Virus record (IMG/VR): IMGVR_UViG_3300030102_003916
Span: 1 to 64,000 of that record
Length of the DNA stretch: 64,000 bases
From: an uncultured virus (IMG/VR IMGVR_UViG_3300030102_003916)
Lineage: Duplodnaviria > Heunggongvirae > Uroviricota > Caudoviricetes > Kyanoviridae
Strand: one strand, 5' to 3'
In this document: positions 54,401-63,306 of the stretch, piece by piece
Position numbering within the stretch: the stretch's first letter is position 1
How the letters are laid out: each line of letters opens with the position of its first letter
The notes under the pieces: model-generated
Seen by the model: only the letters and a program-made list of their open reading frames with translations
The model's database searches: none
Told to the model about the DNA's origin: nothing
Program-made: the position numbers and the translations under genes

Positions 54401-54795
54401 GTGCCTTCTCAGTAGCGTGGGGCTTGGTCAAGGAAGAACAGATGTGTGAGAATTGCGTGGACAAACCCGCAATGCCTCGTAGTGATTTCTGCCGTAGTTG
54501 CGCTATGAGAATGACAGGCGTTTCATACGATGAAATGACTGATAGACAAAAGGGGATGTTCAAGAGATCAGATGACAAGTCAGAGGAGAAGGGTAAGTTC
54601 AGAGGCTACTCGAAGAATACCATTAGCGGGAGATCCGAGAGGCAGGGCAAGGCTAGAGCCTGGAATCAAAGCCGAAAAAACAAGCGAAGGAGAACCCGCA
54701 ACATATACGCTCGACAGAAGGGGCGAGGTAATGTTCGCCCTGCCATGAGGAGACAACTAGGTGCTGGTGCAAGCAGAGCAGAGACTAAGAGATAG
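54397..54795 (+). CDS. Basic protein with Zn-finger-like segment and FxxAWxxxK leader
   Basis: MSAFSVAWGLVK; CENC...CRSC; Arg/Lys-rich C-terminus; ATGA overlap. Confidence 0.7.
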   Translation: MSAFSVAWGLVKEEQMCENCVDKPAMPRSDFCRSCAMRMTGVSYDEMTDRQKGMFKRSDDKSEEKGKFRGYSKNTISGRSERQGKARAWNQSRKNKRRRTRNIYARQKGRGNVRPAMRRQLGAGASRAETKR

Positions 54796-54925
54796 GCTTG
54801 CCGTTCCATGTCTTATTTTGCTCATGTCTCTCACGGACTCTGCGGCAGATGTGACAATGGGTTCGACCATTCCTAAAGCCCCTCATCACTTTCTTGCATC
54901 TCGGATTGTCACAAGTCCAAGTCAT
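54785..54925 (-). CDS. 46-aa Cys-rich microprotein (not in ORF track)
   Basis: Manual translation MTWTCDNPRCKKVMRGFRNGRTHCHICRRVRERHEQNKTWNGKPIS*; starts 5 nt after the upstream gene's stop. Confidence 0.6.
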   Translation of the reverse strand: MTWTCDNPRCKKVMRGFRNGRTHCHICRRVRERHEQNKTWNGKPIS

Positions 54926-54930
54926 GTCAC

Positions 54931-55179
54931 TCACTTCAATCTCTTAATTACGCCCTGTACCATTTTGTCTAACCTATCACATTCAGATAGACTGTAATGA
55001 CGAAGAATTTCATTTGTGAACCCCCAACAATCCGAACAGAAAACTAACTTTCTAACCTCATCCGTGTGATTTAGACAAGTCCATTTTTTGCTTGGGTATT
55101 CCTCATTCACTTGGTCATAACTCATTTCATTTGAGCAATTATCGCAAGCCATGATTCTCTTCTCGTTGTCGTATGGCAC
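54931..55179 (-). CDS. Small Zn-finger-like protein
   Basis: CDNC...CLNH...CSDC; RBS GAGGAG upstream of GTG. Confidence 0.65.
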   Translation of the reverse strand: MPYDNEKRIMACDNCSNEMSYDQVNEEYPSKKWTCLNHTDEVRKLVFCSDCWGFTNEILRHYSLSECDRLDKMVQGVIKRLK

Positions 55180-55182
55180 ACT

Positions 55183-55860
55183 TTACTCCTCCTCAAACGC
55201 GAAAGTATTCGATCGGACAAACTGACATGGTATGGTGACAGGACGCTCAGTCCTCTCATCGGTTATCCTGATTTCCTCTTTCACTATCATGTGTTTGTAT
55301 AAACCGGCAATCAACTCGACCTCTGCGGCCAAGACTCTCAACACGTTACGCATCATTCCTCTCTGCCACTCGGAAATCAACGCAATGGGTTTGAGCATGA
55401 ATGAGAAATGAGCGATGGCTGTCTGCTTCTTGCGATTCAGAGTGGATAGGTTTCGCAGGTCGTACCTGCGAGGATAATCTCCATAGTGAAGTTTCGACGC
55501 TTCGCTGACCATCTCGCTGAGATCAACAGGATTGCCTTTTACATTATGCTTATGAGTTAGCAAGGCATGATCGAATTTCTCGTTGCCATAACCGACAAGC
55601 GTTACACTTGAGTCAATCCTGTTGTCCAACCAACTCTGCAATTCCTTAAGCGGGAGTGTTATTGTCTTCTTCTTATCAATGAGAATTCGACCAGTCAAAT
55701 CGGTGAATATCGACATCGTTTTTCCATCAAAGAAAGCGGCGGCGTCCAATGAGAACTCTTTGGGCCTTTGCCACCCCTCTGGCAAATCACTAGCATCGGT
55801 GGAGGAGAAGACCCGATAGGCAATCACCCTGTTTGCTGACATCCAATCATACAACGACAT
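55183..55860 (-). CDS. RNase H-fold/DEDD (YprB-like) exonuclease homolog, probably inactive
   Basis: LVGYGNEKFDHALL (ExoII-like) and VDL; ExoI DxE and ExoIII YxxxD are not evident. Confidence 0.55.
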   Translation of the reverse strand: MSLYDWMSANRVIAYRVFSSTDASDLPEGWQRPKEFSLDAAAFFDGKTMSIFTDLTGRILIDKKKTITLPLKELQSWLDNRIDSSVTLVGYGNEKFDHALLTHKHNVKGNPVDLSEMVSEASKLHYGDYPRRYDLRNLSTLNRKKQTAIAHFSFMLKPIALISEWQRGMMRNVLRVLAAEVELIAGLYKHMIVKEEIRITDERTERPVTIPCQFVRSNTFAFEEE

Positions 55861-55862
55861 AA

Positions 55863-57311
55863 TCACACCTCCAAAGAAACGTACACGTTTCTCCCTTCCT
55901 TAACCATGACCGACAGTTTGTTCTCGATGAGTTTGCTTAGTCTCCTTTCGGCGGTCTTGACGCTTACAGCATTGAGCGCGGCATATCTAGTCTGTAACTC
56001 GGTCTTTCTCACGACCTCCTTCTTGGTGCGATCGTGGACTTGTCTCTTACATCCTGCAAACGCCTGTTTCCATGCTCTGACATCAGCCTGTCTTTCCCTA
56101 GATGCCTTGTAGTCTCGCTTCTGCTCCAACCATATGATTAGATTGTGGAGATTGTCATAGATTATCTCTGACGCCATGGAGATGTGTTCAGCAGTAATCA
56201 CATTGGTTCCCATGGTAGCGGCAATCATGTTGCTGAATATGATAGTGTAATTCTCGACGTTTGGCAAAAAGGATATTGCAGTCTCTCTCACATTGCCATC
56301 TGATACCGTCTTGACAAGATCGTAGTAGTCATCAACCGCACTTAACAGAGCGGCGTGGTAGTTAGGCCCTATTGAGAATAGCATATGGCTGTGATTCACA
56401 GCAACCTCCTCTCTCTGCTCCTCGGACATTGAATCCCATTGGTCTTGGTCTATTCCTGCTACGGTGAACAGCCTGTCTCTGACATCATCTCTCATGCCGA
56501 TAATCCAATTGGATATTTCCTCATACGACCAGACCTGTTCGGGAACTGGAACATAGACACCAGACATTCGATGCTCGCTAGTGGTCTGCCGTGTCTCCAG
56601 ATTGACATCGTTCTGGTACAAGAATACTCTTTGGAAGAACCCCTTCTCAAGGACGTGGTGCATGATGTCCTTTGGTGGGAAGGTAGTAGCCCATAGGGAG
56701 ATTCCAGATGGCGTGTATATCGACGCACCCTTCAAGTGATTGACAAGCACATTGGTTTCGCTACCGATGGGAGCCATGGCCTGTTGCAAGAATAGAATCT
56801 TCTGACTGAAATACGATTTGGAATCATCAAGGAGTATGCTACCCTCATCGAACAGCAGAGTCTTGTATCCATTCAGAAGACCGGGGACCACTTCAAAATC
56901 AACCCCTCCCACTCTCTTTCCATCCTCATCCACCTTTGGTGTCTCGATTACAGAACCAATCAATTTGGAGTCTGACCCCGCACTAAACTTCTCGCTCTCT
57001 ATTCCGCACAACTTCAATATCTTGGCCGTGAATTCGTATGCTATCGACTTCCCCGATCTTGAGGCCTGTATCCAGAAGACATGAAGTCGGGAGTCGATGT
57101 AAGCACCGTGTATTGGTATCCTCACATATGGAGCGAGCATCTGTCCAAGGATGTAAAAGTAAGAGAGCATCCCTGCATAATGGTTGAAGAAAGATAGAGT
57201 GTCGAACCTCTCGACGTACTGCCTGAGTTTGTTACTGCCCTCATAGGGAGAGTTTACCACGCTGTAATCATTCCACTCTCTTCTTGTCGAAGCCAACCCT
57301 CTCTCTATCAT
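55863..57311 (-). CDS. MCM-like AAA+ helicase (AAA core plus C-terminal wHTH-like region)
   Basis: HVFWIQASRSGKS Walker A, PGLL, LLFDEG Walker B, GFFQR Arg finger. Confidence 0.65.
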   Translation of the reverse strand: MIERGLASTRREWNDYSVVNSPYEGSNKLRQYVERFDTLSFFNHYAGMLSYFYILGQMLAPYVRIPIHGAYIDSRLHVFWIQASRSGKSIAYEFTAKILKLCGIESEKFSAGSDSKLIGSVIETPKVDEDGKRVGGVDFEVVPGLLNGYKTLLFDEGSILLDDSKSYFSQKILFLQQAMAPIGSETNVLVNHLKGASIYTPSGISLWATTFPPKDIMHHVLEKGFFQRVFLYQNDVNLETRQTTSEHRMSGVYVPVPEQVWSYEEISNWIIGMRDDVRDRLFTVAGIDQDQWDSMSEEQREEVAVNHSHMLFSIGPNYHAALLSAVDDYYDLVKTVSDGNVRETAISFLPNVENYTIIFSNMIAATMGTNVITAEHISMASEIIYDNLHNLIIWLEQKRDYKASRERQADVRAWKQAFAGCKRQVHDRTKKEVVRKTELQTRYAALNAVSVKTAERRLSKLIENKLSVMVKEGRNVYVSLEV

Positions 57312-57312
57312 T

Positions 57313-58023
57313 TCAAGCCCTCTTCATCTTCACTTTCTCATCGGCAACCGGCTCCTCGCTGTTGAGACAGAGCAGGATTCGGTTCGCGCGGATTTTGCCA
57401 ACACCCTCCGCCGCTTGTAATTCCTTCGGAGAACATGATGTGATTTCTGAGATTGAGCCGAAGGTAGCAAGGAGTCGCTTGGCTATTGCCTCGCTACATC
57501 CTGCGGCTCTGAGGATGTCTATCCTCCTGTCCTCTGATGCCGTCTTACGAAGCAGACGGTACGTCGTGGGTGCGCTGAGTGAGCCATGCTTCTCAAACCG
57601 CTTACAGATGAACCGAGCGGCTGATGATCTGTCGGGCATGATTAGGATACTGGCATCGTAGTCATTGTGGAATCTCGCTATCGACCCATAGAACGAGCCG
57701 AACACCTTGGGGTAACTCGTCTTCCGACCACCCCTCCTCGCCTTCGTTATGTATTGGTCTAACGACCCCCACACCACTAAGGCAAATTGGTTGTAGTTAT
57801 CATCGAGATTCTGCAACTGCCTCTCCAAGTGACCTGAATACAGACTGCTCATGTAATCGGATATGCTCTTTGCCTCGATGCCCACACTCGCAAATGCGTA
57901 GTCAGTAATCATGTTCTGGTTGATTACATAGGAGAGTCCCTTCTTATCGCAATACTTCTTGACGAGATCCTCAAGGCCTGAGCGTTCACGATTGTCAATA
58001 TAGAGAACCTTGGTCACGGCCAA
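57313..58023 (-). CDS. ERCC4/XPF-family structure-specific nuclease with HhH motifs
   Basis: IDNRE, TDY, IEAKSISD, GHLERQL, and C-terminal ELQAAEGVGKIRA. Confidence 0.88.
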   Translation of the reverse strand: MAVTKVLYIDNRERSGLEDLVKKYCDKKGLSYVINQNMITDYAFASVGIEAKSISDYMSSLYSGHLERQLQNLDDNYNQFALVVWGSLDQYITKARRGGRKTSYPKVFGSFYGSIARFHNDYDASILIMPDRSSAARFICKRFEKHGSLSAPTTYRLLRKTASEDRRIDILRAAGCSEAIAKRLLATFGSISEITSCSPKELQAAEGVGKIRANRILLCLNSEEPVADEKVKMKRA

Positions 58024-58286
58024 CCGACCCCTGCTTGTTCGGCAAGTAAGAGTCTATTCATCAACTCAACAACCAACTGCGCCCATTCCTCACTTTGAGT
58101 GAGTGCTATGACTTTACCCTCCAATCTAACCTCAAAATCTGTGGGCCTGTCCTTATGTACCGCTATCGACCACGGCATCGCTTCTCGTATTGCCTCTGCC
58201 TGTTCTGGATCTTCGCTGTCAAACGCGGCTAGTAGCCTTGCCGCCTTCTCTCTTCTTATCTCATCTATGTCTTTGTCTTCACTCAT
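58014..58286 (-). CDS. Hypothetical protein
   Basis: 90-aa ORF filling the operon gap; N-terminal DIDEIRREK helix. Confidence 0.65.
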   Translation of the reverse strand: MSEDKDIDEIRREKAARLLAAFDSEDPEQAEAIREAMPWSIAVHKDRPTDFEVRLEGKVIALTQSEEWAQLVVELMNRLLLAEQAGVGWP

Positions 58287-59408
58287 CTATTCAACTCCCT
58301 TACCATCGAACATGGGGCATTTGCCAAGGCAAAGTCCTTCGCTATATATCCTCGCACAGGAGGGCGTTAGGTAATGCTTGCTTGCGCCATGAACGAGCAT
58401 CTGCTGAGTAATCTTTGGGCTGTAATCTGCCCACTCCAAACCTGCTATCACTTCATGAGTCCATTGGACTACCTCTGCATTGCTAACCTTGCTCTCATGT
58501 GGTGGTCTAGCAAAGTCCCTCTTGTAGTCCATGAGGTACATCATGAGGTACGATCGTGGTTTGTGTGGTGGATTACTACCCTTGGTACAACAGGCGGCGT
58601 CAAGGCATGGGAGGATAGGAACCCCATTTAGGTTCCTTGCTGATACCCCAATTTCCGCCGCGTCGAACTTTTGAAACAATCCTGTCAGTCCTGTCATGTT
58701 TGGGTCATGACTGACAATCTCGATTTCCAAGCCATTCTTGCCGTATGCCTTCATGCCACCTGATTGCGTTTCTGCCTTGTCGCTGATTGTTGTCCAACCA
58801 TCTTGCAAATCCTTGGTGGAGACTGGTATAGACCACTTCTTTCTTTTGAAATTGTATGAATTTGGGATTCTGATATGCCTATCGGGTCTGAATGATACGA
58901 CAGGATCGATTGTGACCAAATCCATGTTCTTAATCCACTTGTTGATGATGACCCTCCCAGAGAATAACAGGTTAGCCAACTCGTCCGGTGGCAACGTGTG
59001 TATCTCTGATAGCATGACCCAGATGTGGAATCCACCGCCGGAGTACCATGTCGCATGACGTATGTCTTCCTTCTTGAGATGCTCCGTTAGTGTCAGGGTG
59101 TCACGGGTGCATCTCTCTCCCCACTCGTCCTCGGTCCCCTCCGGCAAAACCTCCTCTGCCCTGCCTTTGTCAAGGTCGATGACGAAGTGTGGCACGATTG
59201 CCGTTGAGTATTCGCATCGGTTGCCCTTGGTCTTCAAATGACGGAAACCATAGACTGTCGTGGTCAGGTTGTCCCTCCCATTCATGCTGTCTATGTACCT
59301 CTGTAACTCGACCATGTTGCGAACGACCTTCCTCGTCCTCATGTTTACTTCGCGTGGGAAGTCCGCAAACAAGTGCGACATACCTAGCCCTCTTGAGGGT
59401 AGGGCCAT
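58287..59408 (-). CDS. Archaeo-eukaryotic primase, PriS catalytic domain fused to PriL-like Fe-S C-terminal domain
   Basis: FVIDLD, SGGGFHIW, RHIRIPNSYN; C-terminal LPCL...H..R...PSC..I...GLCLGKC. Confidence 0.88.
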   Translation of the reverse strand: MALPSRGLGMSHLFADFPREVNMRTRKVVRNMVELQRYIDSMNGRDNLTTTVYGFRHLKTKGNRCEYSTAIVPHFVIDLDKGRAEEVLPEGTEDEWGERCTRDTLTLTEHLKKEDIRHATWYSGGGFHIWVMLSEIHTLPPDELANLLFSGRVIINKWIKNMDLVTIDPVVSFRPDRHIRIPNSYNFKRKKWSIPVSTKDLQDGWTTISDKAETQSGGMKAYGKNGLEIEIVSHDPNMTGLTGLFQKFDAAEIGVSARNLNGVPILPCLDAACCTKGSNPPHKPRSYLMMYLMDYKRDFARPPHESKVSNAEVVQWTHEVIAGLEWADYSPKITQQMLVHGASKHYLTPSCARIYSEGLCLGKCPMFDGKGVE

Positions 59409-60361
59409 AGAATCTTCTCATAGCGAGGACAATATCCCTTGAGATCGCACCAAGGTTCACAAATGACCTCCTGCGCTCTCCAGAAATCAATCAATGCAAA
59501 GGCCCTACCATCTAAATCGCCCTTGTATTGGTTATACGTCCGCACCAGTAATCTCAATTTATCCATCATGGAGTCCATGTCCTTCTGCCGGACATCCTCC
59601 ACGCCACGCCACACCGCATCAGGCTCCTCGCCCTCCTTAGACGCATAGCCACCCGTGTGGTCCCACCCCCATCGCTCGCACTCCAGACCACCCAGAACCT
59701 CATGGTCGCATTCTTTCAAGAGCATGACATAGTATGCCATCTCCTCTCTCATGTTACTCCACTTTGAGGGCTTGTGGTCTTTCCACATACCCGTCTTCAA
59801 CTCATGAACATGAGGTATCCCCTCGGCATCAGCGAACAACCTGTCCACGATTCCTGTAAGATGAACCAACTGTCCCTCTATGGTGACTACCGCGTCCAGA
59901 CTTACCTCATTGCCAATCGGAAGGAAGAAGTGAGGGTCAGCACAATTCATGAATCGCTCTGCTTCAAGTTTCATGTATTTCGTCAAGTGCTGTTCCTCAT
60001 CCAATTCATAGGGACCGCGCTTCGGATCGCCCTCTCCAACGAACTCCATGAAATACTTCTCGACGTTCTCCAACCCGTATGACTTCATGGATGCGGCGTA
60101 AGATACGCTTACGTCTTGATAGAAGCGTTCGATTGAGTCATGAACATTGGACCCGCGAATCATAGCCTCAGTCTCCTCAGACTTGATACCAAGGACTCTC
60201 TTGATGAATGACTGCTGTTGGCAGAATCCGAAATCACCCAATGATGACTTCGACACTCTCAATATCACATTGTCATTCATGCCCGGATGCCATTGGTATG
60301 AAGAGAAGAGTCCCGGCCTTCCCGGTACGGGGTATCTCTTTGGTGGACTAAATACCGACAC
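59384..60361 (-). CDS. PD-(D/E)xK nuclease, Cas4/AddB-like, with Cys staple
   Basis: SKSSL...C, GSNVH, GIVDRL, ELKTG, MAYY, and C-terminal CEPWCDLKGYC. Confidence 0.85.
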   Translation of the reverse strand: MSVFSPPKRYPVPGRPGLFSSYQWHPGMNDNVILRVSKSSLGDFGFCQQQSFIKRVLGIKSEETEAMIRGSNVHDSIERFYQDVSVSYAASMKSYGLENVEKYFMEFVGEGDPKRGPYELDEEQHLTKYMKLEAERFMNCADPHFFLPIGNEVSLDAVVTIEGQLVHLTGIVDRLFADAEGIPHVHELKTGMWKDHKPSKWSNMREEMAYYVMLLKECDHEVLGGLECERWGWDHTGGYASKEGEEPDAVWRGVEDVRQKDMDSMMDKLRLLVRTYNQYKGDLDGRAFALIDFWRAQEVICEPWCDLKGYCPRYEKILWPYPQEG

Positions 60362-60388
60362 TATCCATTCCCCCTATGGATAATCCCC

Positions 60389-61684
60389 CTATTCGTCAAT
60401 TACATCATCAGGATGATCTAGCGACCCATCTCTGAGTCCCTTCCAACCGTACCACTCTCCTCCTTCGGGGTCACGTCGGAAGACCTTGACCCTCCCAGAG
60501 GACTTTAGGCTCGTTCGGTTATGCGTGATGATGGCATGGGACTCTGACACTCCGGTCAATTCGCCCTTCTCGTCCCTCTCCTCAGTCACCTCAAACTTGG
60601 CGACCTGTTGTAGCCAACCTTCTGTGTCCTTGAGCCAATGCGCTGTCTCAGCACCTATGATTTCGTTGCCACCGCTATCGTATGCGGTCTTCCCGTGCGT
60701 GATGATGTAGCAATGCACACCTAGTCTGCACAGTTCCTGCAACGCAGTCAGAGCAGAATTGTATCGGCTCTTTCTGATGTTCCAATTGAATCGACCTATC
60801 TTGGTGGTAGCGTCCTTTCCTGCTACGGCTATGCCGTCTGGCCCTAACTTGAGGTCATCCACCTTCATGATAGTCTCACAGATGTGTAGCCAATGATCTG
60901 CACCATCGAACACCACGGTCTTGAGATATGGCTTCGGCATCTTCCCATGCTCGTTGTAGTATGCCAATTGACCCTTAGCCATCTCGACAGCCGCTCTGAG
61001 ATAGTCCATGGTGTTCTGGAACGTGGCAGGGTAGTCGTATGGGACTCGACTGGCCGCAGTCGATGACATGACCCATGGATTGAGGACGAGGATGTTTGTG
61101 TCGCCCTCGTGGTGAGCAGACTTGGTAGTCTCTCCACCCAGATCGAAATCGTAGTGGTGCATCTCCGCACCGTTCTTCTTCTCCTCTTCCGTGAGGCTAT
61201 CCAGAACCGCGCCCGTCTTACCCGACTTCGGTGGTCCCCAGATTCCCATCAGGACGTAGTACGTCTTCTCGCTGATGAGATTCTTGGCCCTAGCCGCCTC
61301 TATCTGCTCCCATGCGGGGTTCGCTGATTTGGTCAGCCATTGTGCTGATGGTGTCTTCTTCTTCCCTATTCTTGGGTCACGCACCTCGATGCCCTTTTCC
61401 TTAGCCATTTCAATTTCCTCTTCGTATGTCTCCTTCGTCACTTTCTTCTCCTCCTTTACTGGAAACTCTGCCGGGGTTCCACCCGCCCCACTATACCCAT
61501 CTCCACCTGCGGCTTCGATGTCCCTCAATTCCTGCTCCTCGATTGATAGGTTAGGATCGTACTCTCCCTCTTGAACGAATATCTGCTTTGCTAGAGGCTC
61601 AGGCTTACCACCTTCTGCCGGAGGATTAACCTCCTTGGCCTCAGTAGTGTCCTTCTTCTCCCAATTGTCCATGAATCCGGTCAT
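60389..61684 (-). CDS. RecA-superfamily P-loop ATPase (Sak4/RadA-like)
   Basis: Walker A GPPKSGKT, Walker B TVVFDG, YIITH; acidic, probably disordered N-terminus. Confidence 0.75.
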   Translation of the reverse strand: MTGFMDNWEKKDTTEAKEVNPPAEGGKPEPLAKQIFVQEGEYDPNLSIEEQELRDIEAAGGDGYSGAGGTPAEFPVKEEKKVTKETYEEEIEMAKEKGIEVRDPRIGKKKTPSAQWLTKSANPAWEQIEAARAKNLISEKTYYVLMGIWGPPKSGKTGAVLDSLTEEEKKNGAEMHHYDFDLGGETTKSAHHEGDTNILVLNPWVMSSTAASRVPYDYPATFQNTMDYLRAAVEMAKGQLAYYNEHGKMPKPYLKTVVFDGADHWLHICETIMKVDDLKLGPDGIAVAGKDATTKIGRFNWNIRKSRYNSALTALQELCRLGVHCYIITHGKTAYDSGGNEIIGAETAHWLKDTEGWLQQVAKFEVTEERDEKGELTGVSESHAIITHNRTSLKSSGRVKVFRRDPEGGEWYGWKGLRDGSLDHPDDVIDE

Positions 61685-61965
61685 TCTAAGTCCTCCAATG
61701 GAAATCTGGTCATGACATCGCTGTTGTTGTCGTAATTGTCAAGCGTAGCCTGAGTCAGTATAGCGGCTACGACATGGAGATTGCTGTAATCCACATCTAG
61801 GTGTCCTATCCTAGAGGAACCTCCTGATTCATTGTCATCAGCGACTTGGTACTCATCGTTACCTTCCCTAAGCCACTTAACGAAGTCAAGGAATTGTCCC
61901 TTGACAAGTCTCTGTGAGTCTTTGGTAGTCCAGTTTCTTAACTCTCCCCAACCTTTCTTACTCAT
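61681..61965 (-). CDS. Hypothetical protein
   Basis: ATG 61965 follows RBS GGAGTGA; stop overlaps the next ATG. Confidence 0.6.
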   Translation of the reverse strand: MSKKGWGELRNWTTKDSQRLVKGQFLDFVKWLREGNDEYQVADDNESGGSSRIGHLDVDYSNLHVVAAILTQATLDNYDNNSDVMTRFPLEDLE

Positions 61966-61966
61966 T

Positions 61967-63271
61967 TTAATCACTCCTGAATCCATCTAGGCCGCTAAGA
62001 TCGTCGTCGTCTGCATCCTGACCCCATAGTATTCTCCTTGGGACAGGCCATACATTGAGAGCGTCTAGGTTGAGGCGTGTCTCACCCATGTCCGACTCCC
62101 ATGTGCTTGAGCGCACGGTGACGAATACCTGTGTCCCTGCTGTGAAGTCTCTCCATGTGTCATTGTCCAATCCTTGGAAGGCATGATGGTCATTGACTAG
62201 GTATCTGCTGACATTGAGCCACAGGTTGTTCTCGCCATCCCTTCTGAGAGCCGCGCTACTCAGAGTCATGGAGTGTCTGTGTCCTCCGTCGGTGTACCTG
62301 TTAGGCTCTCCATCGTGGTCTATGTAGTCCACCACGCCCCTCATGCAAAAGAGAGGACCATATGATCGGCCAGTCTTCTCTGAATAGGTGGTGTTGGCCT
62401 CGTAGTAGTCCATGACGCTTGAGAGGTCGGTGACGTATCCCATGAATTGGGACAGGTACTGATCGGGAGTGAACATAGCCTCCGCAGTCGCTCTCTGTGC
62501 ATCGGGAACCCAATCTAGGCTGTAAGAGGGGTCGATGTTGTTTGCCTTGAGTATGGACTCCTCTGGGTTGAAGTATGACTCTCCCACCTCTGCCTTGAAA
62601 CTGATTGGCTTGTTCATCTGCAAATGCACGTCAGCCGCATCGAAGGAGCATTCCAATCTCATGGGGGGCAACGGCCCCTCAACTAGGAATTTGTCTGCTG
62701 TGTTACCGACGAACAGCCACTCGCGCTTAAGGGAAGATGCTCTCTTTGGTCCCTTTGGCCCTAGTAGTGCGACGTAGTATGACTTGTTCGGTACTGCTAT
62801 CGCCCAAGGGGGAAGGCTACCCTCATCGCCCTGTTCGGTGTGTATTACCTGATCTGCCGCATTGGACACCTTCCATGAACCATCGGTGTAGTGAACCCTG
62901 CCAACGCCAACCGTGTTGTCGTTGTTGTATGGTCTGATACCATGACTGAGTACGTTATTCAAGTCAATCTCCGCTTGCTCTGTGGCTAAGTCTCTCTGCT
63001 TGGACATCAAGTCTCGGAGAGAAACATGGCCGACAATCATGCCGACCCAATCTTCGCCCTTGCCGGACGAGGCCCCTCTGGCCCTAATCTTGTTCACTCT
63101 GTATGACTCTAAGAAGAACTCAAGATCCTCATCGTCAAGGTTGGCTAACTTACCCTTAGCGTCTTTCCACGCATCTGGGTAGTGGCCTTCCACAAAGCCC
63201 GTGAAGTCCTTTTCGACTTCTGCTTCCGTCTTTCCTGTTCGCTGTGCTATTTCACTAAATATATCTGACAT
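61967..63271 (-). CDS. Putative RPA-like ssDNA-binding protein (OB folds)
   Basis: N-terminal helical segment like archaeal RPA, beta-rich body, FTAGTQVFVTVR strand, acidic C-terminal tail; next to recombinase and nuclease. Confidence 0.55.
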   Translation of the reverse strand: MSDIFSEIAQRTGKTEAEVEKDFTGFVEGHYPDAWKDAKGKLANLDDEDLEFFLESYRVNKIRARGASSGKGEDWVGMIVGHVSLRDLMSKQRDLATEQAEIDLNNVLSHGIRPYNNDNTVGVGRVHYTDGSWKVSNAADQVIHTEQGDEGSLPPWAIAVPNKSYYVALLGPKGPKRASSLKREWLFVGNTADKFLVEGPLPPMRLECSFDAADVHLQMNKPISFKAEVGESYFNPEESILKANNIDPSYSLDWVPDAQRATAEAMFTPDQYLSQFMGYVTDLSSVMDYYEANTTYSEKTGRSYGPLFCMRGVVDYIDHDGEPNRYTDGGHRHSMTLSSAALRRDGENNLWLNVSRYLVNDHHAFQGLDNDTWRDFTAGTQVFVTVRSSTWESDMGETRLNLDALNVWPVPRRILWGQDADDDDLSGLDGFRSD

Positions 63272-63306
63272 AACTAATCCCTCAATGGGAGTCCGACGTG
63301 TGAGGA

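Noticed and set aside
54848..54913. GGTTCGA hairpin and TGTGACAAT/ATTGTCACA inverted repeat as tRNA or structured RNA
   Set aside because: No cloverleaf can be built, and the region is explained by a 46-aa ORF on the - strand.
59384..60361. Cas4-like gene as sign of a CRISPR system
   Set aside because: No repeat-spacer array or other cas genes seen; stand-alone Cas4-like nucleases are common in viral replication modules.
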